From positions 73,961,694 to 73,997,742 of the forward strand of contig NC_068985.1 of the NCBI RefSeq assembly GCF_001194135.2: a DNA stretch of 36,049 bases, given 5' to 3'. The notes below the pieces were generated by a model that was not told where the DNA came from, ran no database searches, and worked only from the letters and a program-made list of their open reading frames with translations. The DNA is from Octopus bimaculoides (Eukaryota). Both the position numbers and the translations under genes were made by a program. This document shows positions 1 through 9,905 of the stretch, piece after piece. Position 1 is the first letter of the stretch; the number at the start of each line of letters is the position of its first letter.

Positions 1-228
1 TTATGGAATGGAAATATAATAAAAGTTTGATGACCACATGTTGCTAGATGGTTACTCAGTGGTATTTGGCGGACTTCTGGGTTTTTAATCTGTTGTCGAT
101 GTACCCGTGAGCGTTCCGATAGTGCATTACCTGTCTGGCCAACGTACAATTCTTCACAATTAGGGCATTTGATGCAGTAGATTAGATTTCTACTTTTGCA
201 GTTCATGTTCGCATTGGTGAATATTTTC
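1..228 (-). mobile_element. Penelope-like element fragment, GIY-YIG endonuclease (CxxC-containing type), runs off the window edge
   Basis: Manual minus-strand translation gives GKIFTNANMNCKSRNLIYCIKCPNCEELYVGQTGNALSERSRVHRQQIKNPEVRQIPLSNHLATCGHQTFIIFPFH. This fits the PLE GIY-YIG pattern C-x-S-x-N-(V/L)IY-x-I-x-CxxC-x3-Y(I/V)G-x-T-x6-R-x3-H. Not in the ORF track. Confidence 0.9.
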
Positions 229-406
229 CCGATGGTAGTGTGTTTACGTCCCCGTAACTTAACGGTTCGGCAAAAGAGACCGATAGAATAAGTACTAGGC
301 TTACACAGAATAAGTCCTGGGGTCGATTTACTCGACTAAAGGCGGTACTCGAGCATGGCCACAGTCAAATGACTGAAACAAGCAAAAAAGTAAAAGAGTA
401 AAGAGT

Positions 407-410
<4 letters not shown>
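229..410 (+). mobile_element. SINE family 1, 5'-truncated 3' half
   Basis: The tail CAGTCAAATGACTGAAACAAG...AAAAGAGTAAAGAGTA recurs at 11212-11250. The body (GTGTTTACGTCCCCGTAACTT...GACCGATAGAATAAGTACT) recurs inverted at 34100-34215. Confidence 0.85.
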
Positions 411-445
<35 letters not shown>

Positions 446-534
446 NNNNNNNNNNNNNNNNNNNNNNNNNNNNNNNNNNNNNNNNNNNNNNNNNNNNNNN
501 NNNNNNNNNNNNNNNNNNNNNNNNNNNNNNNNNN

Positions 535-585
<51 letters not shown>

Positions 586-588
586 TAC
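411..588. repeat. (AG)n microsatellite spanning an N gap
   Basis: Seen directly; accounts for the SLSLSL ORFs. Confidence 0.95.
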
Positions 589-1499
589 TTAACACTCGTG
601 GTTATCACGCTTGCGAAGAAGGATAATGGAATACCGCAATTATTTCAATAGAAATTTACATTAAATAAAATGTGGGCAGTCATAAAGAACATGTTGTAAT
701 ATGTATGCATGAAAGCATGTATATATACATGCTTCGATGCATAAATTTGTGAATACTTTCAGTATGATAATCTACATTATATTTTATAAAATTTTTCTAA
801 TTTAAATTCCCCATTTAGTTTCTATGTTTTGTTTGCCAACGTAATAATCAAGAGTCTCGACTTCCCTTTGTTCTTTCATTCTAACTGTAAATCATTATGC
901 GTGATATTTGACCTCCTGTTTCTTTCCGCTCTCAGGAAATGTTTCACTTTTCCTATATCTTTACTCATTAGAATAAATCATTTCATCTTTCTAAATTTAG
1001 ATGTATTGTTCTACTAACTACAGATATTTCTGAATAATTTCTAGTTTTCCTCACACGTACAATTCTGGCATCTTCAAACTGTCTTTTTGTGCATAGCGTT
1101 ATTTGGGTGTTTGCTATGAATACCTGCGTATTCGTGCACGATCAAATAGCCAGAATATTTAGAATGTTTCTAGTATTTATATCTACGTGATATTCAATGT
1201 TAATGAATGGACAACGGCCAAATAACATCTTTTGAAAATCAACATACTGCAATTTTAAGTTCAGATTTTTACATAATATGTGTACTTTCTTAGGGATATG
1301 CCTTCTGGTATCGATATTGTCAGTATATACATATTTAATGCTGTATGACCTGTACATTAAATTTTTCAAACGACATATCATTTCCCTTTCTTTTCGAATC
1401 AAAATACTAGATAAAGCATTGTCACATATTAATATATTTCATCATAGATTTTCAAGTTGACGAATTTGGAATTACATAATTCTTTTGTGTTAGTGATAG

Positions 1500-1681
1500 A
1501 TACGGAAAAAATGAAAGACGAAGACGGTGGTGTGGACAACAAACAGATGTATTAGTTTAACGCTCGGGAAGAGAAAAAGTCTTTAACGTTTCGAGCCTAC
1601 GCTCTTCCATAGAAAGGAGCACAGAAAGAAACAAGGACAGAAAATAAAGAATGTGTAGTGGCTAGCGATCAATCATGGCGA
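1500..1681 (-). mobile_element. Short non-autonomous repeat, probably a Penelope-like pseudo-LTR derivative
   Basis: Carries a hammerhead-like motif (1581-1616). Its terminus CAATCATGGCGA with TA-repeat close by recurs at 17906-17917, upstream of a PLE coding fossil. The left boundary is approximate. Confidence 0.55.
1581..1616 (-). ncRNA. Degenerate minimal type I hammerhead-ribozyme-like motif
   Basis: Minus strand reads CUUU-CUAUGGA-A-GAGC(GUAG)GCUC-GAAAC-GUU-AAAG: 4-bp stem I, perfect 4-bp stem II, GAAA, and a loopless palindromic stem III (AC/GU). The core is CUAUGGA rather than CUGANGA, so this copy is probably inactive. Confidence 0.5.
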
Positions 1682-1693
1682 ACTACCTTAGAG

Positions 1694-1696
<3 letters not shown>

Positions 1697-1740
<44 letters not shown>

Positions 1741-1938
1741 ATGTATTTGTATATATATANNNNNNNNNNNNNNNNNNNNNNNNNNNNNNNNNNNNNNNNN
1801 NNNNNNNNNNNNNNNNNNNNNNNNNNNNNNNNNNNNNNNNNNNNNNNNNNNNNNNNNNNNNNNNNNNNNNNNNNNNNNNNNNNNNNNNNNNNNNNNNNNN
1901 NNNNNNNNNNNNNNNNNNNNNTATGTATATATATATAA
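1697..1938. repeat. Compound (TA)n/(TG)n microsatellite with N gap
   Basis: Seen directly. Confidence 0.95.
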
Positions 1939-2590
1939 ATGCTATGTATGTTCGATTGAGTGCGTGTGTGTGTGTGTGAGTGTGCGCTTCGAAAGCAGCA
2001 TTGAGAGTAGCAATGAAGCGGAAAGGGTATTAATATATTTTACATTGTAAATAATTATTTTACCACATTTGTATAATGCTCCATATATGCAAGCGACAAC
2101 ATATCCAAAGTGTAATATTTTCCAAATCATCGCTCATTTTATTGAAAGCATTCAAAAAAGCATAGCAAGCTTGTAGCATAGGCTGATACTGTGACTTTAA
2201 TTGAATATGTCTTAGGCTTTCTTGAAAAATCCCTATATACTTATAAAATATGCATTCATATATGTACAATATTTCATAAAAATGGTTGACAACATTACCA
2301 TTCAAAAGCAAAGGAACTACCTGAGAGATAAATACTATACATCATCATCATATTGGTTGAATTGAAAAATCGTTCTCGAACATGAGATCTCATAACTTCA
2401 TTAAAGTGTGATATTCAATTACAAAATATGATAAAATGGAGATATTATGCCATATTTTGTCAATTAATTGTTTATGTTGACTTAATATTCTACGATTATC
2501 GGTACAATTCTACATTTTGAAATCTATGTCAAAATATTGTACAACAAAGTGCAAATTCACACCAGGAGAAAAGAAGAAAGGAGAAGAGAA

Positions 2591-2853
2591 TGTTTCAGAT
2601 TTTAGTTGAAACCACTGGATACATCTAACTGAAAGATGACACCTGTATATAAAAGATGGCCGAGAAGTGAGGTGCATGGTTAGCATTCCTCGAATGAAAG
2701 ATGGATGTAGTTTTCAGTGCAGGAGCTGAGATCTGAAAGTAAGTGTGGACAATGTTATGAGTGAACTTGTGTGGATATTTATATTATGAGAAAAATAAAA
2801 CAGAAGAGAGTACTATGTATGTTAAAGACTCGTGTGAGCCTCTTTCAATATCA
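2591..2853 (+). mobile_element. Possible solo LTR
   Basis: Starts TGT, contains TATATAAAAG (~2666) and AATAAA (~2794), ends ...AATATCA. No TSD and no second copy in the window. Confidence 0.3.
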
Positions 2854-3451
2854 CTTTGTTCGGATATGGTGTATGAATTTTATCGGGTACAGTAGCAATA
2901 CACAACCATTGCTAGTAGTTTTCAAACTCCTATCAATTTCCATTTTATTATCGAAGTTATCTCAGCATAAAAAATTGGATTTAATCTTTTCCCAATTTAT
3001 TTTCGCACGTGAGCTTCATAATATAATCAAACAGAATACGGAGAGTAATGAGGCAAAATGAGATATCATATAATATCGTTAAGGATATCAGGAGAAATTT
3101 TAAAAACTGTATTGTGTCGGAAGTTAAGCAATATCTTATCGATTTATTTTACCTGTAGAATATCTCCATCCATAGATAGTCAAATGGCAGTGCGTGATTT
3201 CTGAATTATACACACGCGCCGACACACGTAAATAGGCGTGTAAATGTATGTATATATGTATGTAACTTTATTTATATGTATGTATATATGTATTTATGTA
3301 TATATANNNNNNNNNNNNNNNNNNNNNNNNNNNNNNNNNNNNNNNNNNNNNNNNNNNNNNNNNNNNNNNNNNNNNNNNNNNNNNNNNNNNNNNNNNNNNN
3401 NNNNNNNNNNNNNNNNNNNNNNNNNNNNNNNNNNNNNNNNNNNNNNNNNGA

Positions 3452-3707
3452 TGTGACTTACGATGCCCCTTGTGAGAGATAGACTTGTCCGAGTAAAGTA
3501 TAAACAGTAATGACGCGAGTGAGTAGAAGCTTCGGACTTCGGGGTCAAGTGAAATTCGCGTTAGTTCGCAGTGAAGTCGGAAGATGTCGGTTGGTTAGTT
3601 CACAAGAAATATTGATTGTTGGTTCGTAAAGAGATTTGTTAGTTCGTTACATTGTTTTTACTGTTGTCTGGTTATCTTATTTATTATACATAGCAAACTA
3701 CGTTACA
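3452..3707 (+). repeat. 5' LTR (TGTGAC...GTTACA)
   Basis: TGT...ACA ends form an imperfect inverted repeat, and the PBS follows 2 nt later. The left end abuts an N gap. Confidence 0.75.
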
Positions 3708-3709
3708 TG

Positions 3710-3722
3710 TGGCAACGAGGGT
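3710..3722 (+). promoter_or_regulatory. Primer-binding site, probably for tRNA-Ser(GCU)
   Basis: TGGCAACGAGGGT is one mismatch (CpG-decay type) from TGGCGACGAGGGT, the complement of the metazoan tRNA-Ser(GCU) 3' end ...ACCCUCGUCGCCA (tRNA sequence recalled). Confidence 0.7.
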
Positions 3723-3777
3723 TTCGAAGCTCACGTAGGTTATTTAACAATTTGTTCGTGATACAACTTGTTAAATA

Positions 3778-4750
3778 ATGGAAAACCCATTAGCTTCCAA
3801 AGCACAGATGCAAAAGCAACGACAACAGCAGCAACAGGAGTTGCAGAAGCAACTATTACACGAACAACCACAACAACAGTTATTGGAGCTATATTCAAAG
3901 AAGTCAAAAAGTGAGATACGGTCGTTTTCGTCAGATGGCGTTTCGACCTCTTTTAATGAATTTAGTTATAACCTAGAGGAGGGTATAACTCTTGCATAAT
4001 ATTACAGAAGGTACGAGGAGATTCTTAAGCTAGATTGCAAATCATGGTCGGTCGAACAAAAAGTAAGATTGTTATTGCGAAAATTAGCTCCGTTAGAGCA
4101 TGAACGTTCCTGTAATTCCATGTTTGCTCAAGAAACCAAATGAAATTTGTTTTAAAGAAACAAAGGAATTACTGTCTAACATATTCGGTGATAAAACTTA
4201 TCTATTTAATGCTCGAATGGAGTGCTGGAATAAAACGAAAGAAGAGAATGATGATTTTATCACATACGCGGGAACAGTCAACAGTAGGTGTGAAAGTTTT
4301 AAACTGAAAAAGCTTACACCTGAGATGTTCAAGTGACTTATGTTTGTACAAGGCCTTACAGCAAGCGAAGTTACAGAAATTCGGGCAAGAATTCTTTCTC
4401 AATTGGAACAAGCGAACCAAGATCTAACCTTACATTCCCTGACAGAAGAATGCCAACGGACGGTAAACCTAAAACACTACGCAGAAAAAGATCAAGAAAA
4501 GGAATCCTCAAAAATACAGTTATGCCGACCGGAAAAATACAACCAAAAGAGAGCAGCACTTCCTAATCCATGTTATGGGTGCGTGGGCATACATTTCAGA
4601 AAAGACTCTCCATTTAAAAATCAAAAATGTTACAATTGCAAACGAATTAGTCACATGAGTTCACCATGCAAAACAAAATTACGAAGGTCAAACATAAAAA
4701 ATACTAGAGGGTTCTTAGCAGAAACAAAATTCGACTCCCAATTAAGAAAA
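3778..4750 (+). pseudogene. gag: Gypsy gag with stops and frameshifts
   Basis: Q-rich N-terminus, then YRRYEEILKLDCKSWSVEQKVRLLLRKL, KKPNEICFKETKELLSNIFG, MFVQGLTASEVTEIRARILSQLEQ and degenerate knuckles CYGCVGIHFRKDSP and CYNCKRISHMSSPC. Confidence 0.85.
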
Positions 4751-4755
4751 TTCCT

Positions 4756-5215
4756 AAGATACGGTGTTTCAGAAACGTTAGTTTCAGATAATTCACGGGA
4801 TATGAATTAAGAACTTTCTGCTAAATACACGTCAAAAAGCACATCTTTACTCCGCCCTACCACCCGAGTCAAATGAGCAGGCGGAAAGATTTGTCGACAC
4901 GTTCAAAAAACCTATTAGAAAAGTTAGGAATGAGCTAGATACCGACGAGGCATTAACGACATTTTTGAGAGCATACAGAATAACACCAATACCAAATTCA
5001 GGAAAGTCACCACCAAAGTTAATATTCGCGCGTAAAATAATATCGATCTCCGATAAATTATTGTCGGAAGAAATATATATAAATGAAAGCCAAAAATACA
5101 TTTGAAGGAAATACAAGAAATATTACAATACATTTAGAAGAATGAGTTCATTTTCAAAATCACAAAAATGGTAAAGAAGATTGTGAGGATGGCTGTGCAA
5201 TTAAAGGATATTTAT
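4756..5215 (+). pseudogene. Gypsy integrase core, C-terminal half
   Basis: RYGVSETLVSDN, then TPPYHP-SNEQAERFVDTFKK...FLRAYRITP...GKSPPKLIFARKI, with frameshifts. These are rve integrase motifs (second D and E). Confidence 0.85.
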
Positions 5216-5414
5216 ATTTATTTGGGATATTTATATTTATCCCCATGAAAAATATGAGCATCATAATAAAGAATATGAGTCTAGTTATGTATAAACAAAA
5301 CTAGGGCAACTAGCGGTTATTTCAAAATATAAGTGAAAATGGTTTTAAGACTTTCCCTCTATAGAATAGTAAGTAGATAAGTAATTCAAACTCCAAATAA
5401 GTCATGCATGTAAG

Positions 5415-5473
<59 letters not shown>

Positions 5474-5495
5474 TGTGTGTGTGTCTGTGTGTGTA
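5415..5495. repeat. (TA)n/(TG)n microsatellite
   Basis: Seen directly. Confidence 0.95.
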
Positions 5496-5552
5496 TGATC
5501 CAAGGATCAAGGTGTAGGAAAAAAGTTAGCATCAAGCAATCCGTATTAAATA

Positions 5553-5774
5553 CAGTAATCCCTCGACTTTCACGTGTGTTATGTTTCAAAACCGACGCGA
5601 TGGGTGAAAAACCGTGAAGTAGAAACAGTACTCTACTGTATATTTTAAAAAATTATTTTTATAATGTGTATATATTTATTTTATCATGAACGCAAGAGAA
5701 CATCATAGAGGAATCGACGTTATCTTAAGTAATAAACCGCGATAGGTAAACCGCGATATAGCGAGGGTTTACTG
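5553..5774. mobile_element. pogo/Tigger-type MITE (222 bp)
   Basis: Left end CAGTAATCCCTCG; reverse complement of right end CAGTAAACCCTCG. TA flanks at 5551-5552 and 5775-5776. Confidence 0.85.
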
Positions 5775-5779
5775 TATGA

Positions 5780-6070
5780 AAAACAACTTTCAGGGACAAT
5801 GGTGCTTTATTGAGACGGAAGGTTGTGGACTTTTTTTTATAAGAAGTTCTTTCTATATTTCACGGTGGGCGATCGGGGTTGCTGGTATGCGAATAAGAAT
5901 ACAGAAATAACGGAATGGAGTAGGTAAGATCTGGGCTACATATGTTTCATAGCGCATGGAATCTCAGAAGTGGTAAAAATCCATGCGAAGTGTACGTATA
6001 CACACACCCTTACACACGTGCATTAATGCCTACATAGTCGTAGATATAAGCGTTAGGCTTATTCCCCCGT
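5780..6070 (-). mobile_element. Possible LTR-like fragment
   Basis: On the minus strand a purine tract AACGGGGGAA precedes a ~290-bp block with AATAAA near its end. No clean TG...CA ends or TSD. Confidence 0.25.
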
Positions 6071-7059
6071 TGAAGTAATCCGCAAGTTTAAAATATTATT
6101 TTCCTGCTTATAATCGTTCTTTTTTTTTTATTTCATTTGTCAAAAAATGGATATATGTACATCTCTTTCTAACATGCTAACATCTATCTACAATATATAT
6201 GCATAGAAATATAAACAGACATACACACAAACACACACACACACAAACATTTACATACATACTGACACACACATTCATACATACATCTGTGTATATCCTT
6301 ATGTGTTTCTTTGTTTTTATATGAATATGTGTATATCTGTACCACTATGCATTATTGGTCAAGCTGAAAATTCGGTTTAAGGCTGTTCCTCATACAAAAT
6401 GTAGAACATGAAATATTTGTTTGGTTCTCAGTGATATCAATATGCATATTGGCAGGGGAATAACAGTGAGCCTCCCTGATAACAAATTAAAGTGCAAGTG
6501 ATCCAGAGCTTGTGCATTAATTGAAGTGGCTCCTTGAAATATAAGCAATATAACCATAAAGGAGATTGATATACTCTCTAAAAATAAAAGAAAATCCTGG
6601 AGTCTTTAATTATGGCATTGTGGAATATAATACACGTATACTTTCACTTATCATTGATAATCTAGTTTTCATAAAAATGTAAATCGAATAATTGCCTCTG
6701 TCTTTACTTAAGGAGAAATTTATTAGATCGATAACGTTTCTGCGAAGTAGTCTTACGGTCTTTTAAATATTATCTGTCTTGTAATGAAATATAAATCTTT
6801 TCTTGAAAATGCTTCTGCTTTAAACACACAAACAGCTCTTCTAGTTTACAAATTACACTTAAAAAGATAATGACAATGATATAATTATTGATATTTAAGG
6901 AACACTATCTGTGCGTATGGCAACAAAGTTTTGTTTAAAAGTGCTCTAAATTTTTAACATTAACAATTATAGAAAAAATTGAAAGTTACGTTACCCATGA
7001 TCAAACTTCATTATTTCAGATTTCTTTGTTGAACGTCACATGTAAAAATATGAAAATAA

Positions 7060-9169
7060 CACTGGTGAACAAAATGAAACTTTTTTTAATCATCAGAGTT
7101 GCTGATTGACTTTTGTGGGTTAATTTTTGATGCTGATTACGAATCTGAAGTCCGATTTCCTCTATCAGGTCACATTTCCATGTTAATGATACCTGCTGTT
7201 TTAACGTATAGGATACGTAAAGCATGTCTATATAAAGTATAATGAATACAATATATGATAATTTCATGGCTTTTTATTGTACAAAATTAAAATTATTGTG
7301 TACACATAAGTTAGAATACACTCGAATGCATAACAACTTAAAACCTTTAGGATTTGGACTTTCTATGGTGTTTTCTCTCAGGTTCATCCCTGTATAACAT
7401 CCAACAGTAGTCTGCTAACATTCTTGCATTCCAAAATCCTTGCTATCGTTGTTCCATCGATGCAATATCTTGATGAAAGCGTTCCCCTTGCTCATCAGAC
7501 ACTACTCCAAGGTTCTCTGAAAAAAAGTCCAGATGTGAATCAAGAAAATGGACTTTTAGTGACATCCAACAGCCCATTGCAGCGTATGAGACTAGAAGAC
7601 ATTTCACTCCATTTCTAAACTCTAGAGATCTCGTGTTGCCTAGGAAATTTTCACAGAGCCATTTGAAGGATTCCCAGGCTGTAAGCTCAGTCTCAACCAG
7701 TGCTGTGAGGAAGTGGTTGTCCTTCAAGAGTTCTTTTACCTGCGGACCTATGAATATGCCCTCCTTCAGTTTTGCCTCGGTGATTTTTGGAAATTTGGCC
7801 TTCACATATTCAAAACCTTTTGAGCTTTTCTGGGCAAGTGTCTTCACGAATTGATTCATGGGGCCAAGATTTATGTGAAGTGGGGGAAGAAGAATATTTT
7901 CTGGGTTTAAAAGTGGCTTGTTCTGGACGCTAGAAACTCCTGGCTCATATGATTTTCGCAAAGGCCACTCTGATTGCACGTAGTGCTTGTTAGTTGCACG
8001 ACTGTCCCACAGGCATAAAAAGCAACAATATTTCGTGAACCCAGATTGCATTTCCATCAACATTCCAATCACTTTCAAGTCTCCACAGATTTTCCAGCTG
8101 TAGTTTGTATNNNNNNNNNNNNNNNNNNNNNNNNNNNNNNNNNNNNNNNNNNNNNNNNNNNNNNNNNNNNNNNNNNNNNNNNNNNNNNNNNNNNNNNNNN
8201 NNNNNNNNNNNNNNNNNNNNNNNNNNNNNNNNNNNNNNNNNNNNNNNNNNNNNNNNNNNNNNNNNGAAACGAAGTGGTCCATCAACAGAGAAGCATGAAG
8301 TCAGATCCCTATTTCTCTTCCTGAAATGAGTAATACAAACATCTTTCTTAAGCAGACACTTTCCTTGTAGGCGAGATGCTAATAGTTCAGCTTTATCCTT
8401 CGACAATGATAAGTCTCTAACTAAATCATTTAACTCTCCTTGAGAAAATTTCTGTGGTACGTCTTCATTTTCAATCGTGAAATCTGCATCCACTTCAGTG
8501 TCTTCCACAGCAGTAGTATTTTCTTCAGGAAATGCATCTTCGTCAGACATCTGAAGGCCATTTTCTGGTGGTATTGGAATAGGAAGATCATCATCGTTGT
8601 GTGGTACTGGTCTTCTTGCTCATTCCAAGTTGGGATACACAATCTTATGCTTGGTCTTTATAGTAAACCCACATACATTAACGCTGAAGAAATAACAGCC
8701 CATGAAATGATCCTTTGGCGCTCTCCATATCATAGGTATTGCAAACGGCATTGCTCTCTTCCTCTTATTTAGCCAATCTCTTTGTCCATTTGAACAAGCT
8801 GAGCAGATGATGTGCGGGGCCCAACTCTTATCTTGATCCTCGAGAGAGCAGCCAAAGTATAACTGGTAGACCTTCTTGATTTCACTTGTGATGACACGTT
8901 TCTGAGCTTTGGTGGTAAATGAACCACAGACATAACAAAACATATCAGGACTGTTCTTGCAATGCCTTGACATCCTGAGTAGAATTTGATGATGACTTGG
9001 CACCTTAAACAGAAAGTAAAATTTATGAAAAGAAAAGATTATGAAAACAGAAAATTACAGAAAAACTGTGCCTGATAGAAAGAACCGATTACATTTTTGA
9101 AATCCACAGACAAAACTACATATAAAACACCATCTAATATCCCTGATGAAAATTGGCTGTTGACCAGTG
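7060..9169 (-). mobile_element. Full-length Chapaev3-type (CMC superfamily) DNA transposon, decayed
   Basis: TIRs CACTGGTGAACA (7060-7071) and TGTTGACCAGTG (9158-9169; rc CACTGGTCAACA, 11/12 match). TAA at 7057-7059 and 9170-9172 fits the TWA TSD known for Chapaev3. A transposase gene lies inside. Confidence 0.88.
7347..8973 (-). pseudogene. Chapaev3 transposase with two premature stops and an N gap
   Basis: Starts MSRHCKNSPDMFCYVCG...DQDKSWAPHIIC...MPFAIPMIWRAP and continues ICGDLKV...GFTKYCCFLCLWDSRA...LLPPLH...EAKLKEGIFIGPQ...FLDSHLDFF...SDEQGERFHQDI...MLADYCWML. In-frame TGA at 8620-8622 and TAG at 7443-7445; terminal TAA at 7347-7349. Confidence 0.9.
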
Positions 9170-9568
9170 TAATCAGAAATGGAATCCAAATACATCAATG
9201 TTATTTAACAGAAAATCACTACGGTAAAACAACCAATATCGTAAACTGAAATAAAGTAAGAGGAAACGAAGGGGTTATAGAGAACACCAAATTGAGAATT
9301 TTCTCTGATTACATAAACAGAGTAGAAATTCTCCTATCGAAACATTGAACCAACAGTATTTTGTTATCGTTCAATATAACTACAAATCAAAAGCTGCACG
9401 TGAGTGGTCAGTTCCAAACATAAATTTTAAACTGCTTAATAAGCAATAAAAACAAATTTCTCATAAACAAATAAATTAATGTGAAAATAAATAGAGGAAA
9501 CCTGTTTAAAAATATAGGTCTATACAAATGAATGGCCACAGGAGAAGAGCTGAACACAGACACGTAAT

Positions 9569-9735
9569 ATTCTATTCTACTCTAGGTACAAAGCTCGAAA
9601 TATTTGGGGAGGGTACCAGTCGATTAGATCAACCACAGTACGCAACAGTTACTTAATTTATCGACCGCGAAAGGATGAAAGGCAAAGTCGACCTCAGCGG
9701 AATTTGAACTCAGAACGTAAAGACAGATAAAATAC
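9569..9735 (-). mobile_element. SINE family 2 (tRNA-derived)
   Basis: Minus-strand B-box GAGTTCAAATTCC (9699-9711) and central GTCGACTTTGCCTTTCATCCTTT; homologous to 9750-9905 and 11280-11475. Confidence 0.85.
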
Positions 9736-9749
9736 TAGAATGATAAGAA

Positions 9750-9905
9750 AATTCTTTCCTAATCTAGGTATAAGGCCCGAAAAGATCGACCCCAATACGC
9801 CACTGGTACTTAATTTATCGACCCCGAAAGAATGATCTCGGCAGAATTGGAACTCAGAACCTAAAGACAGACGAAACAGACAAGTAATATTGGCTGACAA
9901 CTGCA
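9750..9905 (-). mobile_element. SINE family 2, internally deleted second copy in tandem
   Basis: Shares GATCGACCCCAATACGC...TACTTAATTTATCGACCCC and GAACTCAGAAC with the other two copies. Confidence 0.8.

Larger units (their letters stand above)
3452..5215 (+). mobile_element. Ty3/Gypsy LTR retrotransposon (K02A2.6-like), internally deleted, no 3' LTR
   Basis: LTR, PBS, gag with two zinc knuckles and an integrase core in the expected order. Protease, RT and RNase H are absent. Confidence 0.9.

Noticed and set aside
3778-3999. PolyQ-rich ORF suggesting a host regulatory protein
   Set aside because: It follows an LTR and PBS and continues through a stop into Gypsy gag motifs.
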